From IMG/VR virus record IMGVR_UViG_3300042331_000187: 64,000 bases of DNA. One strand, given 5' to 3'. The position numbers were made by a program, and so were the translations under genes. Source of the stretch: an uncultured virus (IMG/VR IMGVR_UViG_3300042331_000187) (taxonomy: Duplodnaviria; Heunggongvirae; Uroviricota; Caudoviricetes). The notes below the pieces were generated by a model. It saw only the letters and a program-made list of their open reading frames with translations. It was not told the DNA's origin and ran no database searches. Shown here one piece after another: positions 55,845 through 64,000 of this stretch (within the stretch, counting starts at the first letter, position 1; the number at the start of each line of letters is the position of its first letter).

Positions 55845-57317
55845 ATGCCCTTTCAGCTCCGCGACTACCAGACCCACCTCGCCGATGCCGGCGACGCGGC
55901 CATGCTTGACGGGCGGCGGCCCTGCATGGTTGGGCCTACCGGCTGCGGCAAGACCGTGATCATCGCCGAGCTGGTTCGCCGCGCCCTCGCCCGTGGTGAG
56001 CAAGTGGTGGTGATCTGCCACCGAGAGGAGATTCTGCAGCAGATCGTGGCCAGCCTGCAGGCGCACCTAGGCCCGCAGCAGGTGATCGCCATGGTGACGG
56101 CCGGCAGCCGCCCCCGGATGGATCGCCGGGTGGTGGTGGGCATGGTGCCCACGATGGTGCGGCGATTGAAGCTGCTGGAGCAGCTGACGGGCTGCACCCT
56201 GCTGGCCGATGAATGCCACCACGCACCATCCCCCACCTGGCGCAAGGTGATCGAGGCGGCGCAGCCGCGGCGCTTTGGCGGGCTCACTGCCACGCCGGTC
56301 AGGCCCGATGGCAAAGGGCTGGGCGACGAAGAGATGTTCGATCTGCTGCTCAATGGCCCGGAGGCCGGCGAGCTGATGGCAGCAGGCAAGCTTTGCCGCT
56401 ACCGGCTATTCGCCGCCCCGCATCGGATCGACTCCAGGGGCATGCGCAAGCGCGGCGGCGACTTCACCACCGCCGACATGGAGCGCAAGGTGGTCGAGAT
56501 CCAAGGCGAGATCGTCCGCGACTGGATGCAGCTCAACCCGAACCGTGAGCGGACCATCTGCGTGGCGGTGAGTGTTCCGCATGCCCACCAGGTGGCGGAG
56601 CAGTACCGAGACCAGGGCATCGCCGCCGAAGCGGTGGACGGCGACACCCCGAAGCCTGAGCGACGGGGGATCTTTGAGCGATTCCGCCGCGGCCAGATCA
56701 CGGTGCTTTGCGCCTGTGCTGTGATTGATGAGGGCCTCGACGTGCCGGAGGCGACCTGCCTGCAGATCTTGCGGCCCACTGCCAGCCTCAGGCTGTGGCG
56801 CCAGTTGATCGGGCGGGTGCTCAGGCCAGCGCCAGGGAAGGATGCGGCGCTGCTCATCGACCATACGGACAACTGGCGCCGGCTGCCGCCGCCTGATGCG
56901 GAGATGGACTGGAAGCTCAATGCCGAGGTGCAGGAACCCCGCGAGAAGCGCGAGGCAGTGATTGACCCGGACACGGGTGAGGTGACGGAGGGCGAACCGA
57001 TCGAGACGGAGGTGCACCAGACCGGCGCCAAGCTGATCGAAATCACCCCCGACCTGCTGGCCCAGGCGCATCCTGTGGTCGCGCGGCGGCTGCTGAATGA
57101 GCGGTGCCGCTTGGAGGTGGAGCAGCGGGCCCCGGACCTGCGCCGCTGGCTCAACTACCTTGACGTGATGGAGGATGAGACGTTGAAGGTGCTGGAGCCA
57201 GCGCTAGGGCTGCAGCCGGGCTGGGCCCAAGGGCAGATGATGCTGAGGATGCTGCTGAGCCCTGCGCAGCGGCTGGCGGCCACGAAGCGGCTGCAGCGGT
57301 CGTGGGGTGGGGTATAG
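55845..57317 (+). CDS. Superfamily 2 DNA helicase (DEAH/RadD-like)
   Basis: LRDYQ, PTGCGKT, DECHH, GLTATP, EGLDVP, QLIGRVLRP. Confidence 0.92.
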   Translation: MPFQLRDYQTHLADAGDAAMLDGRRPCMVGPTGCGKTVIIAELVRRALARGEQVVVICHREEILQQIVASLQAHLGPQQVIAMVTAGSRPRMDRRVVVGMVPTMVRRLKLLEQLTGCTLLADECHHAPSPTWRKVIEAAQPRRFGGLTATPVRPDGKGLGDEEMFDLLLNGPEAGELMAAGKLCRYRLFAAPHRIDSRGMRKRGGDFTTADMERKVVEIQGEIVRDWMQLNPNRERTICVAVSVPHAHQVAEQYRDQGIAAEAVDGDTPKPERRGIFERFRRGQITVLCACAVIDEGLDVPEATCLQILRPTASLRLWRQLIGRVLRPAPGKDAALLIDHTDNWRRLPPPDAEMDWKLNAEVQEPREKREAVIDPDTGEVTEGEPIETEVHQTGAKLIEITPDLLAQAHPVVARRLLNERCRLEVEQRAPDLRRWLNYLDVMEDETLKVLEPALGLQPGWAQGQMMLRMLLSPAQRLAATKRLQRSWGGV

Positions 57318-57337
57318 TGGCGGCAACTGCGCCCGCG

Positions 57338-57493
57338 ATGATGCCAGCAGCAACCACTGAGGCGCGCAGCATTACGCTGCGGCTGCCTGTTCTACTGTTC
57401 GACCGCTTACGGGCGGCGGCAGCTGATGACCGGCGATCAATGAACAGCATGGCAGCGTTGCTGCTGGAGGCTGAGCTTGATCGCCGCAGCTGA
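57338..57493 (+). CDS. Arc-like RHH regulator
   Basis: ITLRLP..LFDRLRAAAADDRRSMNS; TATAGT upstream. Confidence 0.75.
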   Translation: MMPAATTEARSITLRLPVLLFDRLRAAAADDRRSMNSMAALLLEAELDRRS

Positions 57494-57547
57494 CCCGGCC
57501 CGCCAGAGCCGTGCCCAATCTGGCCGTCCTACCGCTCGATTCTGACC

Positions 57548-58126
57548 ATGCCCACAGCACGCGGGGCTGATGCCGCCCCGATCGATGAATTGCTGCCACC
57601 GAATTGCGGCCCCACTGGCCAGCAACTGGCCGCGCTTGATGCGGCAGTGGCTGCCGCCTTCCCTGCGTTCGGCAGCCTGGCTCCGAACGACGTCGCCGAC
57701 ATTAAAGGCCGGCGTCACGCCTACCTGAACCTGCCAGGGTTGCTGGAGGCCGTCCGCCCTGCCCTGATGGCGCAGCAGGTGATCATCGCCAATACCATCA
57801 GCATCGTGCCGGGTGGGTTTGTGGTGTCCACCATGCTGCGGCACAGCGGCGGCGGCTGGCGACTGTCTCAGTTCCCGGTGCTGAGCCTGACCAGCTCCAG
57901 CGCGATCAGCGCTGCGGCCACCAGCGGCTTCAGGGTGAACCTGCAGCTGCTGCTCGGCATCTGCGCCTCCGATGAGGATGCAGCGCATGACGCGGCGCCT
58001 GCTGCAGGTCCACAGCCGTGGGAGCAGCCAGCACCGGCGGCGCCCGCCTATGCCGCTCCGCCCCAACAGCAGCCCTGGGCTGCCACTGCTCCACAGCCTC
58101 AACCCGATCCCTCCGCATACGTCTGA
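57548..58126 (+). CDS. ERF-like ssDNA annealing protein
   Basis: YLNLPGLLEAVRPAL, TMLRHSGG.W, LLGICASDED. Confidence 0.75.
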   Translation: MPTARGADAAPIDELLPPNCGPTGQQLAALDAAVAAAFPAFGSLAPNDVADIKGRRHAYLNLPGLLEAVRPALMAQQVIIANTISIVPGGFVVSTMLRHSGGGWRLSQFPVLSLTSSSAISAAATSGFRVNLQLLLGICASDEDAAHDAAPAAGPQPWEQPAPAAPAYAAPPQQQPWAATAPQPQPDPSAYV

Positions 58127-58128
58127 CC

Positions 58129-58635
58129 ATGAAGAGCGCACGTGTCAATCTCTGGAACGCCCAGCCGTCCCAGAACCCCAAGGCCCCGATCCTGAACGGT
58201 GCTGTCGAGCTTCCCGCCCAGCTGATCTGGGAGTTGTCCCAAGCGATGCAGCAGGGCCAAGGGTTGGAAGTCAATCAGCAAACCGGGGAGCAGTTCTTCA
58301 AGCTGCGCCTGTCCGTCTGGCGCGGCACCGGCGAGAACAACGCCCCGGTGCTCAATGGCCAGATCGAAAGCCCCAGCGAACGCGCCGCCTACCTAGCGCA
58401 GAAGGCGCAGCAGCAGGGCGGCGGGCAGTGGGGATCTCCTGCCTCAGCCCCATCCCAAACGCCCGCCTATGGGCAGCCTGCCCAACAGCCTGCGCCTGCT
58501 GGGTATCCGCCAGCAGCAGCGCCGCAGCCTGCCGGGCCGCCAGCGGGCTACCCTGCGGCGCCTCCGGCAGCTGCTCCGCCAGCAGCAGCACCGCCGCAGT
58601 GGGGACAGCCTGCCCCCGGCGGATGGGGCGGCTGA
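58129..58635 (+). CDS. Putative ssDNA-binding protein
   Basis: PILNGAVE...LSVW...LNGQI core with a Pro/Gln/Ala tail; next to ERF. Confidence 0.55.
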   Translation: MKSARVNLWNAQPSQNPKAPILNGAVELPAQLIWELSQAMQQGQGLEVNQQTGEQFFKLRLSVWRGTGENNAPVLNGQIESPSERAAYLAQKAQQQGGGQWGSPASAPSQTPAYGQPAQQPAPAGYPPAAAPQPAGPPAGYPAAPPAAAPPAAAPPQWGQPAPGGWGG

Positions 58636-59508
58636 TTGACCACCGATCGCCCACGGATCGCCCTCCTGCCGCAGCAGGGGGGCATTCAATTTGATGAGCT
58701 CAGCCATCGCTACTGGGTGTGGTCGCAGCGCCGTGGGCGGTGGCTGCAGCCGCCCAGCTGCTCACAGGTGCTCGGCCTCTCTGGCGCCAAGGGCTTCAAC
58801 CCCGAGCACTGGCGCCGCAAGCTGATCAACAAGGAAGGCATGCGGCCGGATGAGGCCGAGGCCTACATGGATCTACATCGCAACGGCCGCGCCGACATCG
58901 GCACCGAGCTCCACGCCCTGATCAGGCAGGAGCTGCTGAGCGTCGCCGCGCCGCCGGTGCAGTTCGCCGAGTCGCTGATGCTGTTGGCCACCTGGCGGCG
59001 GTTGTTCCTGCCGCAGATTGAGGAGGTGATTGCCTGCGAGTCGCCGCTGGCCTCACTGCAGTTGTTCTACACCGGCACGCCGGATCTGATCGCCCGCGTA
59101 GCCGGGCAGTGGCTGATCGTGGACTGGAAAACCAAGGTGAGCCAGGAGAAGGCAAAGCCCGATCAGGCGTGGCCGCTGCAGCTGGCGGGCTACGACCTGC
59201 TGGCCCAGGAGCGCTACGGCATCCGCTTGGATGGGGCGATGAATCTGATGGTGTGGCCTGGCGGCTGCGAGGAGGTGTTCTGGCCGCCTGAGAAGATGGC
59301 CGAGCTGCGGCGCCGCTACATCGGCCACGTCGCCTGGGCCCATGCCGTCAAGGGGGTGCGCAGTGATGCTGCTGCCACCGGCGCACTGGCTCATGTGTTA
59401 CGGCTCCACCCTGAAGCGCTGGAGCTGGCCACACCACCATCAGGACATGGGGCGTGGACGGTGGCGCAGCTGCTGGGCAGCGATCACCCCGCTTTGCGTG
59501 CGGCTTGA
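58636..59508 (+). CDS. PD-(D/E)xK exonuclease (Cas4-like/RecB-family)
   Basis: GTELHALI, GTPDLI, IVDWKT, QLAGY. Confidence 0.85.
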   Translation: MTTDRPRIALLPQQGGIQFDELSHRYWVWSQRRGRWLQPPSCSQVLGLSGAKGFNPEHWRRKLINKEGMRPDEAEAYMDLHRNGRADIGTELHALIRQELLSVAAPPVQFAESLMLLATWRRLFLPQIEEVIACESPLASLQLFYTGTPDLIARVAGQWLIVDWKTKVSQEKAKPDQAWPLQLAGYDLLAQERYGIRLDGAMNLMVWPGGCEEVFWPPEKMAELRRRYIGHVAWAHAVKGVRSDAAATGALAHVLRLHPEALELATPPSGHGAWTVAQLLGSDHPALRAA

Positions 59509-59675
59509 CGCTGAGCGCGAGACTGCCGGCGCATGTCCTCGAAGAGCAACTGCCGCAGGTATCCGACCCTACCGAGCCCCCGCAGTTCGGCCTCGCGGTC
59601 AAGGTGATCCACCTGTTCGGCGGGCAGTTCAACGGAGATTTGCCGGTGTCCGGGTTTCAGGGGCCAGCTGGGCAT
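59484..59675 (-). CDS. RHH-like regulator
   Basis: ISVELPAEQVDHLDREAELRGLGRVGYLRQLL. Confidence 0.65.
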   Translation of the reverse strand: MPSWPLKPGHRQISVELPAEQVDHLDREAELRGLGRVGYLRQLLFEDMRRQSRAQRQAARKAG

Positions 59676-59910
59676 CGCGCTCTGTTCAGTGAATCTACTC
59701 TAGAGGGTACCGGATGGGAACCTATGAGGTAGGGTACTGGGGCCATCCGCACACGCTGCTCCCTGACGATGCCGACCACTGCCCGGGCTAGGCGGTGGGT
59801 CTCAATCGGCCTCTGGTCTGTACGGGTCCCATCGAGGACTGCCGCTGGTTCCGGCTTTGTAAGGCTCAGGGCGGCAGCAAGCAACGAGCGGGTGGCTCCT
59901 ATTCCGCGCC

Positions 59911-60378
59911 ATGATTGAACCCGCCTACCTGGCAGCACTGCGTCATCAGGTGCGCTGTGAACTGCTGCTGACGATGGTGCAGCTAGAGCAGCTGTGCCCT
60001 AGCTGGTGGGCTGACCTCAGCGAGATGGCCCAGCAGCTAGGCACCGATCGCGCATCCCTGAATCGGTCGCTGACCAAGCTGGAGGCGATGGGATTGATCA
60101 GGCGCGAGCGGATCAGCAACACCGGCGGGAACTGGGTTTGGTGGGTCAAGCGTTGCGAGGATGACCAGCCGTGTCCAGACGCCGAGCCGGCGTGGAGGCT
60201 GCGCGATCTTCAGCGCGGACGAGTCATTCGCGTCACGATCCGCGGCAGGTGGCAATGGGCGGAGCGCCAAGGGATCCCTCGGGCAACGATGCAGAGCTTT
60301 CTTGGCGGCCACCAACGCACGATGAAAGGCCGCTGGCAGGTGGCAGGCAGCCCATGGGATGACGAATCTGGCTGCTGA
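59911..60378 (+). CDS. Winged-HTH DNA-binding protein
   Basis: LSEMAQQLGTDRASLNRSLTKLEAMGLI. Confidence 0.75.
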   Translation: MIEPAYLAALRHQVRCELLLTMVQLEQLCPSWWADLSEMAQQLGTDRASLNRSLTKLEAMGLIRRERISNTGGNWVWWVKRCEDDQPCPDAEPAWRLRDLQRGRVIRVTIRGRWQWAERQGIPRATMQSFLGGHQRTMKGRWQVAGSPWDDESGC

Positions 60379-60381
60379 TGG

Positions 60382-60744
60382 GTGCAAATGGGGAACCGTT
60401 GCGGTAGGGTGGTGGAGACCACTCGCCATGTACCAATGGGCCACCATCAGGCGCCCTGCGCGCCGCCCCCGTCACTCGACACCATCCGCCAGCAGCTCGA
60501 CACCCTGCTAGCCCGAATCGAAACCGATCAACAGGCCCTCGCCGCCGAACAGGCCGCCGTCGCCCGTGCCACCGAAGCGCTGCACGAATCCCCGGCGCTG
60601 CAGGCTGCCCTATCCCAGGGCCAGGAGCTGATGCGCGGCCGGGTGCTGATGCTGATTGACCACCAGCTGGGGATGCTCAGGGAATCGCCTACGGCGGTGC
60701 TGCTGCGGGCGTTGCGGCAGCAGGTGAGGGAGGTGGAGGCGTGA
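60382..60744 (+). CDS. Hypothetical coiled-coil protein (start uncertain)
   Basis: SLDTIRQQLDTLLARIE; its 3' end is repeated at 1-125. Confidence 0.6.
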   Translation: MQMGNRCGRVVETTRHVPMGHHQAPCAPPPSLDTIRQQLDTLLARIETDQQALAAEQAAVARATEALHESPALQAALSQGQELMRGRVLMLIDHQLGMLRESPTAVLLRALRQQVREVEA

Positions 60745-61034
60745 GCGCACCGATCACTCTTTGGCGCCTCAAGTGGGGCGAGATCAAGCTCGTTGAATGC
60801 ACCAAGGCCACCGCTTGCTACGTCTGGCCGGCAGATGATCACTGGGGCGGCAAAGAGGCGCGCCGATCTGATCGGCACAGCTACCACGAAACCTGGGCAG
60901 AGGCGTATCACACGCTGCTGGAGCGGGCGGAGAACAAGCTGGCCTATTGCCGCCGCGAGCTTGAACGGGCCCAAGGCAATTACGGCCGAATCCAGGCCAT
61001 GAAACCACCGGCTGATGCGGAGGCCCAGCCATGA
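60741..61034 (+). CDS. Hypothetical protein, allele of 122-448
   Basis: Shared C-terminal motif. Confidence 0.75.
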   Translation: MSAPITLWRLKWGEIKLVECTKATACYVWPADDHWGGKEARRSDRHSYHETWAEAYHTLLERAENKLAYCRRELERAQGNYGRIQAMKPPADAEAQP

Positions 61035-61162
61035 CCCTCTGCATCCTCGCCGGCATGGTCGAGATCATCGCCGTGTTGGTCATTGTCGGCACCGCCACCC
61101 TCGCCACGTCGCTGTGGTGGGCGCTGTGTGAGCGGTTGGTGGGGGAGGGGATTGATGCCTGA
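61031..61162 (+). CDS. Small membrane protein, allele of 804-929
   Basis: Near-identical sequence. Confidence 0.7.
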   Translation: MTLCILAGMVEIIAVLVIVGTATLATSLWWALCERLVGEGIDA

Positions 61163-61370
61163 CAACACCCTGCTAGGCCGCTGCACCGTGGCCTATGAAG
61201 AGGCCTTTAACGATGCACTGCAGGCCTGGCCCGACGCCTCAGCCCGCCGCCGTGGCGTGGCTGCCGTAATCGAGCATCTGGCCGCTGAGCTGCTGGTGAT
61301 GCACCAGCGCAATGAGGGCCGGCTGTCGGCGCACGACGCAGCGCGGATGCTGCTGGAGGATCTGCGATGA
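61155..61370 (+). CDS. Hypothetical protein unique to this copy
   Basis: MPDNTLLGRC; ATGA coupling to helicase. Confidence 0.6.
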   Translation: MPDNTLLGRCTVAYEEAFNDALQAWPDASARRRGVAAVIEHLAAELLVMHQRNEGRLSAHDAARMLLEDLR

Positions 61371-62803
61371 CCACCTACGCTGAGTTCCTAGACCGCAAGC
61401 TCCACACCGGCGCTGACCACGGCTTCGATCCAGTGTTCATGCCGCCGCAGCTGTTCGACTTCCAGCAAGCCCTAGTCGAGTGGGCTGTCCGCAAGGGCCG
61501 CGCCGCAATCTTTGCTGACTGCGGCCTAGGCAAAACCGCCATGCAGCTCACATGGGCTGAAAACGTGGCGCGTCACACCGCCCACCCGGTGCTAATCCTG
61601 ACCCCGCTGGCCGTCGCCGCGCAGACCATCCGCGAGGGTGAAAAGTTCGGCATTGAGGCTCACCGCTCTAGCGATGGCAGCGTGATGGGGCGGATCGTGA
61701 TCACGAACTACGACAGGCTCCACCTGTTTGATCCTGCTGATTTTGGTGCGGTTGTCTGCGACGAATCGAGCATCCTGAAATCGTTTAACGGCTCCACCAG
61801 AAAGGCGATCACTCGCTTCATGGCCAAGATGCCGTACCGGCTGCTGTGCACGGCAACAGCTGCGCCGAATGATTACACCGAGCTGGGCAATTCATCTGAA
61901 GCGCTGGGTGAGTTGAGCTACAGCGACATGCTGCGCCGGTTCTTTGCACAGCTGGATGACAAGGGCCAGAAACGCGAAGAGCGCCTGCAAGAGTCAGCCG
62001 AAGCGATGATCAACGCCAACGCCAACTACTACAAAAAGCTGGCCTTCAGGGTGTCGCAGACTATCGGCCAGTGGCGCCTTAAGCATCACGCCCGCGAACA
62101 TTTCTGGCGCTGGGTGGCCAGCTGGGCTAGGGCTTGCCGGATGCCGTCTGATCTGGGTTTCGCCAACGATGGCTTTATCCTGCCGCCTCTGGTTGAGCGT
62201 GATCACATTATTGCCCCGGCCACCCCGCCAGAGGGGATGCTGTTCTCAATGCCCGCCTTTGGCCTGGCGGAGGAACGGGAAGAGCGCAAGCGCACCATGC
62301 AGGAGCGCTGCGAGTTTGCGGCTCAGCTGGTGGAGCATGATCGCCCTGCGGTGATCTGGTGCCACACCAACGCCGAGGGCGACCTGCTAGAGCAGCTGAT
62401 CCCCGATGCTGCCCAGGTTGCCGGCCGCACTCCAGACGATCGGAAGGTGGAGCTCTATGAGGCCTTCGCCGATGGCCGTCAGCGGGTGCTGGTGATCAAG
62501 CCAAAGATCGGCGCATGGGGGCTGAACTGGCAACATTGCGCCCACGTGGTGACGTTCGCCAGTCACAGCTATGAGCAGTACTACCAATCAGTTCGCCGCT
62601 GCTGGCGCTTTGGCCAGCAGAGCACGGTCCACCTTGACGTGATCGCCACCGAGGGCGAGGCCAGAGTGCTGGCAAACATGCGCGGCAAGGCTGAGCGAGC
62701 GTCCGCCATGTTTGAGGAACTGGTGGCGCAGATGAACAACGCCACCACGATCAAGCGCACCAATCTCTACACCACTACACCGAGGCTCCCGCAATGGCTG
62801 TAA
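61367..62803 (+). CDS. SNF2-like helicase (repeat copy)
   Basis: Same protein as 929-2365. Confidence 0.9.
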   Translation: MTTYAEFLDRKLHTGADHGFDPVFMPPQLFDFQQALVEWAVRKGRAAIFADCGLGKTAMQLTWAENVARHTAHPVLILTPLAVAAQTIREGEKFGIEAHRSSDGSVMGRIVITNYDRLHLFDPADFGAVVCDESSILKSFNGSTRKAITRFMAKMPYRLLCTATAAPNDYTELGNSSEALGELSYSDMLRRFFAQLDDKGQKREERLQESAEAMINANANYYKKLAFRVSQTIGQWRLKHHAREHFWRWVASWARACRMPSDLGFANDGFILPPLVERDHIIAPATPPEGMLFSMPAFGLAEEREERKRTMQERCEFAAQLVEHDRPAVIWCHTNAEGDLLEQLIPDAAQVAGRTPDDRKVELYEAFADGRQRVLVIKPKIGAWGLNWQHCAHVVTFASHSYEQYYQSVRRCWRFGQQSTVHLDVIATEGEARVLANMRGKAERASAMFEELVAQMNNATTIKRTNLYTTTPRLPQWL

Positions 62804-63768
62804 AGGATCAGCTCATCACAGACAACTACGCCATCTACAACGGCGACTGCATTGAAGTAATGCAAGGCCTGCCAGATGAATCGGTACACCTCACCGTCTA
62901 CTCTCCGCCCTTTGCCGGGCTGTATCAGTACAGCAGCGACGATCGGGATATGTCCAACTGCCTGAACTATGACGAGTTTTTCGCTCATTACGGATTTTGC
63001 ATTGACGAAATCTCCCGGATCACAATGCCGGGCAGGATCTCAGCGGTTCATTGCATGGACATTCCGCTAAGCAATGCCGGATGCGATGCCATGTTTGATC
63101 TGCCTGGCCGGATCATCCGCGAGCACGAAGCCCGAGGATTTGCTTATGGCGGCCGGCGGGTGATCTGGAAGGAGCCGCTGCTGGTACGCAATCGCACCAT
63201 GATGAAGAGCTTGCATCACAAGACACTGTGCGAGGACTCCACGCGCAACAGCATCGCTAACGCTGACTACCTGCTGATGTTCCGCCGCAAGGGCGAGAAT
63301 CCGGTTCCAGTGACTCACGAAGTAGGCCTGCTGCACTACAGCGGCGAGCGAACTGTCCCAGCTGACCTGAACGGGTACAAAGGTATGAAGGGAGATCAGA
63401 AAAAAAATCAGTACAGCCAATGGATTTGGCGGCAGTACGCCTCCAGCGTTTGGGATGACATCAGGATTGACAACGTGCTGCAGTTCCGCAGCGCTAGGGA
63501 TGGCGAAGACGAGAAGCACGTGCACCCGCTTCAGCTGGACGTGATTGACCGAGCCGTGGTGATGTGGAGCAACCCCGGCGAGACCGTGCTGACCCCCTTC
63601 ATGGGCGTCGGCAGCGAGGTCTACGGGGCGGTGCAAGCTGGCCGCCGTGGCGTCGGCATCGAGCTGAAGCCCAGCTACTACCGGCAGGCAGTGCGGAACC
63701 TGGAGCTGGCCGGCGAGCCGGATCAGCCCGGCGATCAGTCATCCCTCTTCGACCTAGAGACCGCCTAA
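62794..63768 (+). CDS. DNA methyltransferase (repeat copy)
   Basis: Same protein as 2356-3330. Confidence 0.9.
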   Translation: MAVKDQLITDNYAIYNGDCIEVMQGLPDESVHLTVYSPPFAGLYQYSSDDRDMSNCLNYDEFFAHYGFCIDEISRITMPGRISAVHCMDIPLSNAGCDAMFDLPGRIIREHEARGFAYGGRRVIWKEPLLVRNRTMMKSLHHKTLCEDSTRNSIANADYLLMFRRKGENPVPVTHEVGLLHYSGERTVPADLNGYKGMKGDQKKNQYSQWIWRQYASSVWDDIRIDNVLQFRSARDGEDEKHVHPLQLDVIDRAVVMWSNPGETVLTPFMGVGSEVYGAVQAGRRGVGIELKPSYYRQAVRNLELAGEPDQPGDQSSLFDLETA

Positions 63769-64000
63769 TGGAAACCCGCCGCCTAACCATCTGCCTCACC
63801 CTCCCCGAGGTCGAGGCGCTCCGCCGCCAGCTCCGGCCTGGCGAGGGGATGAACGATCTGCTGCGGCGGATCGTGAACGACCGGATCCACAACCCCACCC
63901 CATCACGATGATCACCTACACCACCCCCACCCAGCAGGCCATGGCCCGCATTGCCACCGCGCCTGTCACCAGCGATCAGGCCCGGCGCCCACCAACACCC

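Noticed and set aside
58636..59508. Cas4 as part of the RNA-guided system
   Set aside because: No Fe-S cysteine cluster seen; it sits in the ERF/SSB recombination module 13 kb away
61367..64000. Biological terminal redundancy or true gene duplication
   Set aside because: A GpA terminase and cos-like site predict cohesive ends elsewhere; wrap-around of a circular assembly is the simpler explanation

Overview
The window holds a complete, roughly 60.4-kb, GC-rich tailed dsDNA phage genome, probably a lambda-like siphovirus of picocyanobacteria (inferred from its group-2-like sigma factor and gene content). It is read once round plus about 3.5 kb, and the two copies of the overlap carry different accessory alleles. 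Modules are: helicase, methyltransferase, glycosyltransferase and small ORFs (1-14 kb); lysis, tail, head and terminase genes on the minus strand (14-49 kb); a putative cos site (about 49.0 kb); and early and replication genes with an iteron origin (50-61 kb). No integrase was recognised. The standout is a cassette inserted between the terminase large subunit and the head-tail joining gene: a divergent RHH regulator, an HNH nuclease, a stand-alone 210-aa Cas7/RAMP-like protein, and a non-coding array of four (GGY-NN)n pentamer tracts separated by conserved hairpins. This matches my recollection of VIPR-type RNA-guided systems. Read as a gapped NN-x code, two of the four guides match the adjacent head-tail gene in codon register but imperfectly, which suggests they target that gene's allele in competing related phages. 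All alignments were done by eye and no database searches were run.
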